This document shows positions 17,878-25,645 of a DNA stretch of 34,769 nt, piece by piece. How positions within the stretch are numbered: position 1 is the stretch's first letter; each line of letters starts with the position of its first letter. Below the pieces are notes generated by a model. The model made no database searches and was not told the DNA's origin. It saw only the letters and a program-made list of their open reading frames with translations. The stretch spans positions 1-34,769 of the IMG/VR virus record IMGVR_UViG_3300025844_000496. The stretch is one strand, 5' to 3'. The position numbers were made by a program, and so were the translations under genes. The DNA comes from a virus. Lineage: Duplodnaviria > Caudoviricetes.

Positions 17878-18172
17878 TCCTTTCCCAATTTGTCCCACCA
17901 TCGCCTTGCAGGCCCGCAATGGAACCGACTGCTAATCGGTCATTCGGAGCGGCTTACCTGTGCATGTCGGACCGCGTTCACGCTTTAGACGGTCATCCCG
18001 ACCCGAGGGGAAGGGAACCGGGGCGGAACCGGACAGCAACCGACACTGCCGGAGCCAATACTAGTGAGGCGATGGTGGGGTGATTGCTCGCAACCACACT
18101 CGAAAGGTTGCACCAGAGGCTTATCGTATCCCTCATGGGGCTGCGAGCGCTTGCGGCCTTGGGAGCCATCCA
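17878..18172 (+). ncRNA. Putative structured RNA / long 5' leader of the small peptide gene (boundaries uncertain)
   Basis: 13-bp perfect inverted repeat 17894-17906/18067-18079 extendable by G-U pairs only on the + strand; several internal hairpins; no convincing ORF. Confidence 0.5.
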
Positions 18173-18274
18173 ATGGCGAACAAGACCAAAAAAACGATGA
18201 CGATTGAGGTAAAGGTCAATGTCGGCAACTGCCTTTGGGCAATCGCTTGGCTAGCCTTCCTTCTTTTGGCCTGA
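18173..18274 (+). CDS. 33-aa hydrophobic peptide, type I toxin-like
   Basis: GGGAG RBS 18161-18165; MANKTKKTMTIEVKVNVGNCLWAIAWLAFLLLA; terminator directly after. Confidence 0.6.
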   Translation: MANKTKKTMTIEVKVNVGNCLWAIAWLAFLLLA

Positions 18275-18278
18275 CTTT

Positions 18279-18316
18279 CCCCGGCGGGGTTTCGGCTTCG
18301 CCGGGGTTTTCATCTT
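18279..18316 (+). terminator. Intrinsic terminator after the peptide gene
   Basis: CCCCGGCGGGG-TTTCGG-CTTCGCCGGGG then TTTTCATCTT. Confidence 0.75.
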
Positions 18317-18419
18317 CTCTTGCGGCTTGGGCGGGGTCGCCATCATCCGCTTTTGCGCTGCCTCGCGGCGCGCTTCGGTTTCCTCTTCGGAGTGGGTTTC
18401 AAAGTGCGGAGGATTATCC

Positions 18420-19145
18420 ATGGTAGCTGATCTTCAAGAATTGCGGGAGCGGCTCAACTGGGCCCGAGCCGAAGCCGAACGCTTACCCGCCGAAATTGAG
18501 CATTACGCCACCAGCAAAATCATTTGGAAATTCGAGACCCGTAACGACGCTCCCGGCTTTCTGCTTACGGCCACCTGCAAAAGCGATATTCCAGTCGCCA
18601 TACGCGCCCGAGCTGGGACCACGGTCAATGAGATCCGCTCGTGTCTAGATGGACTTGCAAGCGTGCTCGCTGAACGAAATCAAAGAACCGCTAACGGCGT
18701 CAGTTTTCCGATCTCGAAGACCGAAAGCCAGTTTTTAGAAAAGCGATCCCAAGAAAAAATTCGGAAACTCTCTGATGACGACAAACTCGCTATAGCGGCA
18801 CTCAAGCCGTATGCCGTGGATAGCAAAGGTGAGCCTGGTAACGTACTCCTGTGGGGCCTTCACTCAGCGGACGTGCGTAGAAAACATCAACGTCTCCTTG
18901 TTGCTGCACAGAACAATAAAATGATGTTTGGAAACGGCTATATAGATGAAATGAGGTTTCTCGGAAATACCGTAAAGCTTGGGCGAAATGAAATCGCAAC
19001 GACCGGGCCACTCTTTTCAAGCTCAGTATATTTTCCTGCCGACATCACCTACGCGGAGCCAGATGTGCTTCGCGGTCGCAGTGTTGTTAAAACGCTCCAC
19101 GAGTTCGCCGATCTCGTGGATTCGATCATATTGATTTTTTCCTGA
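18420..19145 (+). CDS. Moron protein (241 aa), possibly HEPN-like; candidate defence/toxin
   Basis: GGAGG RBS; visibly lower GC; opposite strand to virion genes; NEIRSCLD...FPI...LHSADVRRKHQRL pattern. Confidence 0.8.
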   Translation: MVADLQELRERLNWARAEAERLPAEIEHYATSKIIWKFETRNDAPGFLLTATCKSDIPVAIRARAGTTVNEIRSCLDGLASVLAERNQRTANGVSFPISKTESQFLEKRSQEKIRKLSDDDKLAIAALKPYAVDSKGEPGNVLLWGLHSADVRRKHQRLLVAAQNNKMMFGNGYIDEMRFLGNTVKLGRNEIATTGPLFSSSVYFPADITYAEPDVLRGRSVVKTLHEFADLVDSIILIFS

Positions 19146-19232
19146 TTGGGCAGAACTCAACTTCAGTTGCTTAGAGTCGTTCATTTTGACTGCTCATTTA
19201 AGTATATAGTAGTTATTCCGCTGGACGCGTGC

Positions 19233-19886
19233 CTAGTCGGGCGGGGAGGTCTTTCCGCTGCCGGTGGTGACGCCTGAATGGACATGGCCAGCCAGATCGA
19301 CACCCTCGGCTTCAAGCGCGCCAGCGATGGTGGCGCTGCCTTGCAGGGTAGCATTGCCCTGCAGCGTGGTGGTGCCCGCGACGCTTGCATTGCCCTCAAT
19401 CGTCGCGTTCTCGCCGACCGAAAGCTTGCCCTCTATGGTGACATCGCCGCGCAGGGTGATGCCACCGGGGGCTTCAATCACAGCGGTGGCACCGCCGGGC
19501 AGGATGGCTGACAGTGTGCTTGCCTGCGCATCGTAAGAGATGCGCGCACCATCGGCGAATTCGATGATCTGTGTTTCGTCCGATCCGGCAGGCGGGAACG
19601 CGTGCTGAACGATTCCGGTAAGAGCGATCGCCGCCGCCAGCTGCCCGTCGGGCGCCAGCAACAACACCTGTTCGCCAACCGATGGCGGCGACCAGATACG
19701 GGTATGCCCCGCACGAAAGGCGAGCCAGCGGATTGGCGGCGTCTCGCCCGGTTCGTCGTCGTCAGGGTCGCCATAGCGCACGATGCAGCGTGCGTTGGCA
19801 AGGTCGACAGACGTGACCGTGCCGATCCTGATCAATGCGGCCAGATCTGCGGGGATATCTTCGGGAAGGCGATCGCCGGTGAACAT
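19233..19886 (-). CDS. V: Baseplate spike protein gpV
   Basis: LIRIGTVTSVD, WSPPSVGEQV, beta-repeat region, C-terminal HVHSGV. Confidence 0.92.
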   Translation of the reverse strand: MFTGDRLPEDIPADLAALIRIGTVTSVDLANARCIVRYGDPDDDEPGETPPIRWLAFRAGHTRIWSPPSVGEQVLLLAPDGQLAAAIALTGIVQHAFPPAGSDETQIIEFADGARISYDAQASTLSAILPGGATAVIEAPGGITLRGDVTIEGKLSVGENATIEGNASVAGTTTLQGNATLQGSATIAGALEAEGVDLAGHVHSGVTTGSGKTSPPD

Positions 19887-19893
19887 CGGCCGG

Positions 19894-20178
19894 TCAGGAC
19901 TCGGGGTGAGCCGTTTCGGCGCACGCCGCGCGCAGCCGCGCATTGTGCTCCTGGATCGCTCTCACCGTCTCGTCGCTGTCGAGCTCGTTGCCCGGATCGT
20001 GCTGGCCCGGCCGGTCGGCCGAGGCGTAGCCGATCGGCCGGTCGCCCTGGCACCAGCTGCTATTCCGGCGCGATGGGGCGGTATCGCTCGCAGGCAGCCT
20101 TTCGCCGGTTGTCGAGCAGGCACTGCTCGTAACGGCGAGCATCGCGATCGCCAGCACTGCGAAGATCCTGTTCGGCAT
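19894..20178 (-). CDS. Rz1-like outer-membrane lipoprotein spanin
   Basis: Signal peptide ending SSAC; partly overlaps the Rz-like gene in another frame; HNARLRAAC C-terminus. Confidence 0.65.
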   Translation of the reverse strand: MPNRIFAVLAIAMLAVTSSACSTTGERLPASDTAPSRRNSSWCQGDRPIGYASADRPGQHDPGNELDSDETVRAIQEHNARLRAACAETAHPES

Positions 20179-20392
20179 CGTTGGCATCCTTCAGTTGGTC
20201 GAGGGTCTGGTTCTGCCCGGCGATTACCGTGCCCGCGGCCCCGGCCTCCCGGCCGTTCTCGCGCGCATCGTCGAGCGTGTTGTCGTAGGTCCCGATGATC
20301 GCCCAAGCGATCAGCAGAGCGCCGACCAGTGCGATGACGATCCAGCCCCAGCGCGCGAGCCCGAACAGGCCATTGGCGGTAAGAAAGCTCAT
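20060..20392 (-). CDS. Rz-like inner-membrane spanin
   Basis: N-terminal TM helix then helical domain; follows endolysin and holin. Confidence 0.65.
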   Translation of the reverse strand: MSFLTANGLFGLARWGWIVIALVGALLIAWAIIGTYDNTLDDARENGREAGAAGTVIAGQNQTLDQLKDANDAEQDLRSAGDRDARRYEQCLLDNRRKAACERYRPIAPE

Positions 20393-20637
20393 GTCTCGTG
20401 TCCTCCCGAACGCCCGTTGCGGGCCAGCAGATCGGATTTCTCTTGGCTCGATTGCGACGTGCCGAAGAAGAATCCGAGCGCATCTTTCGCGTTGGTCACC
20501 AGCGCGCCGATCAGCACCAGCAGGAGCTCGCGATCGGAGCCTTCGACGTCGCCGAACGCGACCAGCAGCAGCGCGGCGAACAGCATCGCCAGCGTGACGA
20601 AGGCGAGAGTCGCGCGGACTTGGCGGGGATCCTTCAT
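20389..20637 (-). CDS. Putative holin (2 TM)
   Basis: 82 aa, two hydrophobic helices, FFFGTSQSS motif, next to endolysin. Confidence 0.6.
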   Translation of the reverse strand: MKDPRQVRATLAFVTLAMLFAALLLVAFGDVEGSDRELLLVLIGALVTNAKDALGFFFGTSQSSQEKSDLLARNGRSGGHET

Positions 20638-21272
20638 GCCTCGTTCTCCGACCGGACGCCGCCGGTCATGCGCAGCAAGGGCGACGTGCCGAGCGGCAGG
20701 CCGACAGGCCAGCGAAATCCGCGCGCGCGGTCCTTCGCCAGCGGCATAATGTTGACCGCGTTCTTCTGGTTGCCGCCAAGCACGTAGAAGTCAGTGGCAC
20801 TTTCGCCCACGAGGAAGCCGACGTGGCCGCCACCCGTGCGGCCGAACACCACCACCGCGCCGAGCACAGGCCTGCAGGGCTTGCCCCATTCGAGCCAGGC
20901 CAGCGCGCGCGGGAATTGCGAAGGCTTGGGGATCGGCAGGCCCGCCGCGTCGATGCAATGGGCCACGAAGAGGCCGCACCAGGGCGTCTCGTCGTCGTTG
21001 AACCATCCCGCGCCGAGGCGCGCCCAGCCCTTCGCGATCCAGCTGTTGTGCTTAGGACCCTTGATCTCCCGCTGCCCGATCTTCGAGCGCGCGATCGTCA
21101 GCCACTTCGGCTCGCCACCCGCCGCGGCGGCGGCAGGCGCCCAGGTGCCCCCGATCGCCGCCATGACGAGGTCGTATTCGGCCTGGTCGATCTTCGCGCC
21201 GTCAGCATCGCGCGAGGCCCGCCACGCGGCCATGAAAGCGTCGTGATCCTTCATCGTCCTGTCCTCCCTCAA
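20634..21272 (-). CDS. Endolysin, TIGR02594/NlpC-P60-CHAP-like peptidase (start may be 21254)
   Basis: DDETPWCGLFV, GGGHVGF, LGGNQ motifs. Confidence 0.85.
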   Translation of the reverse strand: MREDRTMKDHDAFMAAWRASRDADGAKIDQAEYDLVMAAIGGTWAPAAAAAGGEPKWLTIARSKIGQREIKGPKHNSWIAKGWARLGAGWFNDDETPWCGLFVAHCIDAAGLPIPKPSQFPRALAWLEWGKPCRPVLGAVVVFGRTGGGHVGFLVGESATDFYVLGGNQKNAVNIMPLAKDRARGFRWPVGLPLGTSPLLRMTGGVRSENEA

Positions 21273-21673
21273 TTCTGCCGGTGATAGGTTTCGAGCGTGC
21301 CGATGCGCCCTTCGTCGGCTTCCAGCCTGCGCTCGACCTCGCGGCGGAACGCCTCGTATTCAACGCGCGACACCGCTCCGCTCGCTCCGGCCGTCAGGTT
21401 CTCGATCTTGCTGTTGATATCGGCAGCGAACCACACCACCGATCCCGCCGTGATCAGCATCGGCGCGAGGTTGAGGATCACCGTGCCCAGCAGCCAGAGC
21501 TTGAACTTGTCGAACTTGCGATCGACCCGCTCGTCGATCTTTTCGTGCAGCCGTTTTTCCTCAATCTCGTCGCTTTCTTCCGAACGACGACCAAGCATCT
21601 GCTCCACCGTCGCGGCGATCATCAGACGCATCTGCTCGGCGTTCCCGTCCCGGCCTTCGACAATGTCAACCAT
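21269..21673 (-). CDS. Membrane protein in lysis cassette (holin/antiholin-like); alternative start 21703
   Basis: Single TM segment flanked by coiled coils; stop overlaps the endolysin start. Confidence 0.6.
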   Translation of the reverse strand: MVDIVEGRDGNAEQMRLMIAATVEQMLGRRSEESDEIEEKRLHEKIDERVDRKFDKFKLWLLGTVILNLAPMLITAGSVVWFAADINSKIENLTAGASGAVSRVEYEAFRREVERRLEADEGRIGTLETYHRQN

Positions 21674-21742
21674 GCCGCCCCCAGCGAAGGATGGGCCATG
21701 CAATCAGGCCGAGCGGCAGCAGGGGAAGGGCGAGGAACCGGA

Positions 21743-23428
21743 TCACGAAGCCAACCCAGGGTTGACCAAGGCCGTCCGCAGGCTGTTGGTCAGGCCCTTC
21801 AGCTCGTTAACCAGGGCGATCGCGCTGTCGAGGTCGGTTGCGTCGGCTGAAGTTGCAGCGGCGCTTACACTTTGCTGCCCAACCGGGGGGGCTCCGAAGA
21901 AGCCGATCACCGGTCCGATCCGACCAACAGTCAGGGCCGGGTTGGTCGTCAGCTCACCGGCATTGAAGCCGTGGATCGACAGATGGCCCTTGGCGGGATC
22001 GGTAAACCACTTGAAGCCGTCTGTCCGATAGGAACCGGATTCCCACCATTCGGTGAGCAAGGCCTTGCCACCACCCGGATGGACCGTCTGCGCGATCTCG
22101 GGCACGTCATTGCTGAAGAACAGCTTACCATCAGGCTTGTAATTACGCCTGAAACGGGTGTCGCTTATGAAGCCGCCGTCGTTGGTCAAGACAGTGTTGG
22201 CGAAAGCGCCGATAATCGTGTTGTCCTCGACGAAGTTGGTGCCGGGTTCTTCGTCCGAGATACCGCCACAAACCCACTCGGTCGCGTCGATGATGTTGGA
22301 CCGGATGGCTATGCCCTTCGATCGCTGAATTGTGATTTTGCCATCGAACATCTGGCAATTGGTAATCAGTGCGCCCAGGTCGACGTCGCGCACGGCGACC
22401 AATGCATTGTCCGCATGGTTGACCAGCACCCCGGTGACGGTGCTGTGGCCATTGTTCGGCACGTCGGTCCCGGTGATCAGAAGGCAGTCGTAATTGTCGT
22501 TGATCGAGCCGCCGGTCCAATTGATGTTGCCGGACGCCAGATCCACCGCTTCGCGGCAACCGCGAGCTCGGCAATTGTCCCACGTCGTGTATTCGGCCGC
22601 CCGGACGCCGAGATCGTATCCTTTCCAGCAGTTGAAGACGCTGACGTCGCTCGCGCTCAAGGTGGTGAGGCGGCTCGGCGTCTCGTTTCGCGGCAGGATC
22701 GCGCGGTTCGCGAAATTCATGATCATCGTGCCGCGCAGCGTGCTCGCCTTGTCCATGTCGAGCAGCAGGGCGCTACGATCCGCAGCTGGCGAAGCGACGT
22801 CGTTCTTGGCCCCCGTGTCGTTGGCGGTGAAGCAGATCGCGCCGATATGTACCGTCTTGCCGTTACTGTCGAAGAGCGCGCCGGTCTCACCGGAATTCAT
22901 TCCGATCAAGCCGGGGCCGTCGATCACCTGCCCCTCGAGCTGCGCCTTGAGCACTCCGCCAGCGCAACCGAAGGCGGCAGCGGGAACCCAGATCATCAGC
23001 GCGGCGGCCATGGCGGCGTTGATCTGGGCCGAGTTGTCGGCCCTTGCTGCGCTCGCGCCGAAGATGCGGATGTCGGCCCGCTGGAAGACGGTTTTGATCA
23101 GCTCGGCCGAGACCGAAGAGACCTTGCGATAGATCGACACCAGCTCATCGCCTACGTCAAACACGTTGAAGTGTTCGCCATCAGCGACTGTCGCGAGCCC
23201 TTCGGCAACATCGGCTTTGGGATTGAGGGCGGCACGCGCAGCCTCCTCTGCAGCGAGAGCGGTGTTCGCGGAAACAGCAGCGTTCGAAGCCGCGGCTTCC
23301 CCGAGTGTCGAGATTGGTGCACGACCAAGCGTGCCGTTCTTCACGACCGGAACGGTTTCGGACCCGTCGATCGATGCCGGATCGATTGCAGGCAAGTTGC
23401 TGACGCGGCTCACGGTTGAGGCTCCCAT
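21743..23428 (-). CDS. Tail spike with right-handed beta-helix (depolymerase-like)
   Basis: IRIFGA...DNSAQINAA pectate-lyase-like cap, Asn/Gly-rich beta repeats, C-terminal trimerisation-like helix. Confidence 0.78.
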   Translation of the reverse strand: MGASTVSRVSNLPAIDPASIDGSETVPVVKNGTLGRAPISTLGEAAASNAAVSANTALAAEEAARAALNPKADVAEGLATVADGEHFNVFDVGDELVSIYRKVSSVSAELIKTVFQRADIRIFGASAARADNSAQINAAMAAALMIWVPAAAFGCAGGVLKAQLEGQVIDGPGLIGMNSGETGALFDSNGKTVHIGAICFTANDTGAKNDVASPAADRSALLLDMDKASTLRGTMIMNFANRAILPRNETPSRLTTLSASDVSVFNCWKGYDLGVRAAEYTTWDNCRARGCREAVDLASGNINWTGGSINDNYDCLLITGTDVPNNGHSTVTGVLVNHADNALVAVRDVDLGALITNCQMFDGKITIQRSKGIAIRSNIIDATEWVCGGISDEEPGTNFVEDNTIIGAFANTVLTNDGGFISDTRFRRNYKPDGKLFFSNDVPEIAQTVHPGGGKALLTEWWESGSYRTDGFKWFTDPAKGHLSIHGFNAGELTTNPALTVGRIGPVIGFFGAPPVGQQSVSAAATSADATDLDSAIALVNELKGLTNSLRTALVNPGLAS

Positions 23429-23865
23429 TGTTCGGGCGCGGTCGGATCGAAGGCAGCCAGGTCGGCCATCGCCGCGGCATCGATCGCGGCGGCGATGGTG
23501 GCGGCGTTCGCGCGGACCGCATCGATCGCGGCAAAGCGCGCATCGGCTTCGCTTCCGCCGATCCGCAAGTCGATCAGCTGCTGCTGGAGATCCGCGATCT
23601 CGGCGATGCGCCGCGCGGTCTCGTTGACCAGGATTGCATGGAGCCGGGCGCGGCGTTCAGTAACGGTCAGGGTGCGCTGGCGGGACATGACCGGCGTTCC
23701 CGTCTCGCTCGGCACGATCGCGACCGGCGCCTCGCTCGCCTGCGCCTCGAGCAGTTCGGCGTGCCGCGCAGGATCGACCGGAAGCGCATCGCCCGGGATT
23801 CGGGCGGGGGCATGAACGGCATCGTCGTAGAAGCCGCCGGTGGAAGGGCTGAAGAACAGGGTCAC
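23410..23865 (-). CDS. Tail fibre assembly chaperone
   Basis: FFSPSTGGFY...IP.DA...HAELLEAQ motif; GTG start overlaps the H stop. Confidence 0.8.
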   Translation of the reverse strand: MTLFFSPSTGGFYDDAVHAPARIPGDALPVDPARHAELLEAQASEAPVAIVPSETGTPVMSRQRTLTVTERRARLHAILVNETARRIAEIADLQQQLIDLRIGGSEADARFAAIDAVRANAATIAAAIDAAAMADLAAFDPTAPEQWEPQP

Positions 23866-25007
23866 GAGTTGTCGATCTCCCCGACGGCGATGAAGGTGCA
23901 GGACTCGGCGGTGTTGGTCGCACTGAAGGCGGCGAAGCCGGTGGCGGTGATCGTGTTCGCGCGGACGCGCGCGTTGTTGGAGCTGACCCCGGTGTCGGTC
24001 GAATCGCTCCCATCGGCGACGACCGAGAATGCGGGCTGGGAAAAAGCGAGCGGGAAAGTGACCGTGGTCAGCGCGTCGCCTGCAGCGGTGAACCGACCCC
24101 ACTGTAGAACGACCAGACGGGCGGGGTCTGCCGTAGGAATCGAGATGTAGCCGCTCTGGCCGACGGACTTGACGATCCCGCCCAGCGCGGCCGGCGTGAT
24201 CGCGCGATCGGCGGCAGTGCCCGCAAGAACGTCCGCCGCGCTGGCGGCAAGCACCTGCAGCACGCGGTTGCTGGCCAGAGTGCCGCCGCCGGTGACAAGG
24301 CCCGAACCGGATATGGTGCGCGCGAGCAGCGCATCGATCAGCCCCTGAAGGGCGGCGTCGGCATCGGTCCGCTGCTGCACCTCTTCGCCGATGACCTGGT
24401 CGAGCGACGCGTCGGCATTGCCACGCGCGCTGGCTTCGTCGGCGATCGACTGGATGATCGGGGCGAGCACTTCCGCGAGGCGGGTGGCAAGCTTGAGCGG
24501 GGTGACGATCCGCCCGTCGTCCGCTTCGTCGTCGACCTCGACCTGCGTCGCGATTTCGGCCACGCCCTTCACGGCTTCGGTGGCGGGCGGGTAGAGGAAG
24601 CTGGCATCGCCGAAGGCAATGTCGCCGGCGATTGCCTCGGAGAAGGCTATGTCAATCGAGAACAGGAAGCTCGCAATATCGACCTTGCGGAATAGCGGGC
24701 CTTCGGCCCGCGAGTAGGCGGCGAAAAGTGTGCCATCCGCAAGGTAGAGCGCGAGGCTGCGCACATCGTAGGTCTCTGCGCTCGCATCGAGCGCAGTCAT
24801 GTGGATGATCGTTTCGGAAACCGACTGGCCCGAGAAGGTATCGATCCGTTTGAATTCACCAGGAAGCGCGATCAGCGTGGGCGAGACATCCACGATCGCT
24901 GCGGACAGACCCAGCGCGGAGATCTCGATCGCGGCGATCTTGCCCGCCTGCGCATCGACCAGGGCATCGAGCCCGGCGGTGGTAACGGTGAAGACGAAGC
25001 CGCTCAT
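23862..25007 (-). CDS. H: Tail fibre protein gpH-like (381 aa)
   Basis: TTAG N-terminus, LYLADGTLFA, ATEAVKGVAEIAT repeat, C-terminal LQWG...FPLAF domain. Confidence 0.85.
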   Translation of the reverse strand: MSGFVFTVTTAGLDALVDAQAGKIAAIEISALGLSAAIVDVSPTLIALPGEFKRIDTFSGQSVSETIIHMTALDASAETYDVRSLALYLADGTLFAAYSRAEGPLFRKVDIASFLFSIDIAFSEAIAGDIAFGDASFLYPPATEAVKGVAEIATQVEVDDEADDGRIVTPLKLATRLAEVLAPIIQSIADEASARGNADASLDQVIGEEVQQRTDADAALQGLIDALLARTISGSGLVTGGGTLASNRVLQVLAASAADVLAGTAADRAITPAALGGIVKSVGQSGYISIPTADPARLVVLQWGRFTAAGDALTTVTFPLAFSQPAFSVVADGSDSTDTGVSSNNARVRANTITATGFAAFSATNTAESCTFIAVGEIDNS

Positions 25008-25645
25008 GCCGCCACCAGGAAGTCTTCGGTTGCTTCGTTGCGCAGCGGCTCGCCATCCTCGGTCTGCAGGTAGCTCGCCCAGACCGGATCGAGCGCGGCT
25101 TCGGCGTCCGCGTCGGCATCGAGCCTGGTGTGACCGGCCGACCAACCCGCGCCCAGCAGCCAGGCATTGGCCTGGGCCTTCATGCGATAAACGGCGGACA
25201 TGTGCGCACGAAGCGGTTTGACCTGGGCAATGTCCCGCAAGAGCGCGGCGACCAGTTCCGTATCGTATTCGACCGGGCTGACCGTCTTCAGAGGAAGCTC
25301 GAGCCGGAAGGTATGGGGATCGAGGTTTTCGCGATCCTCGAACCATTCGACAATTTCGATCAGCGGATCGAAACGGTCCAGCACGGTGCGCAGGCTTGCT
25401 CGGGTACCCTTACGGCGCTGTTCGGCGATCGCCGCGGCAATCGCACCGCGCTTCTGCTGTTCGGTCCATCCGGTGTCCCAGATGTCGATCGAGATGCCCC
25501 ATGCCAGCCAGGGCAGCAGTGCGGCGGGGCACGTCGCGGGGTTCCAGACGTCGCCGATCGGCACCGGCACCGCCGCGAGGCGTGCCTGCTCGACCAGATC
25601 GAGCTTGCGTTCGAGCGCGGTGGAGTTGGGGGGAAGGATGGTCAT
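25004..25645 (-). CDS. I: Tail/baseplate protein gpI
   Basis: LPPNSTALE, WNPATCPAALLPWLAW, RRKGT, EWFE. Confidence 0.93.
   Translation of the reverse strand: MTILPPNSTALERKLDLVEQARLAAVPVPIGDVWNPATCPAALLPWLAWGISIDIWDTGWTEQQKRGAIAAAIAEQRRKGTRASLRTVLDRFDPLIEIVEWFEDRENLDPHTFRLELPLKTVSPVEYDTELVAALLRDIAQVKPLRAHMSAVYRMKAQANAWLLGAGWSAGHTRLDADADAEAALDPVWASYLQTEDGEPLRNEATEDFLVAA

Noticed and set aside
17900-17990. Full tRNA-Ser gene
   Set aside because: Only an anticodon-like arm is present; no TTC-containing T-arm, D-arm or acceptor stem
17886-18086. Retron msr-msd (a1/a2-like inverted repeats around a structured RNA)
   Set aside because: No reverse transcriptase in the window and no long msd hairpin
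17985-18173. 62-aa minus-strand ORF and the 18080 extension of the peptide ORF
   Set aside because: No clear RBS, atypical composition, and overlap with the predicted RNA structure; ATG 18173 has the RBS
19146-19232. AT-rich patch with TTGACT as a promoter antisense to V
   Set aside because: No -10 element at convincing spacing; probably just the edge of the low-GC insert
21743-25007. Diversity-generating retroelement or invertible tail-fibre cassette
   Set aside because: No RT, no template/variable repeat pair, no invertase and no flanking inverted repeats seen
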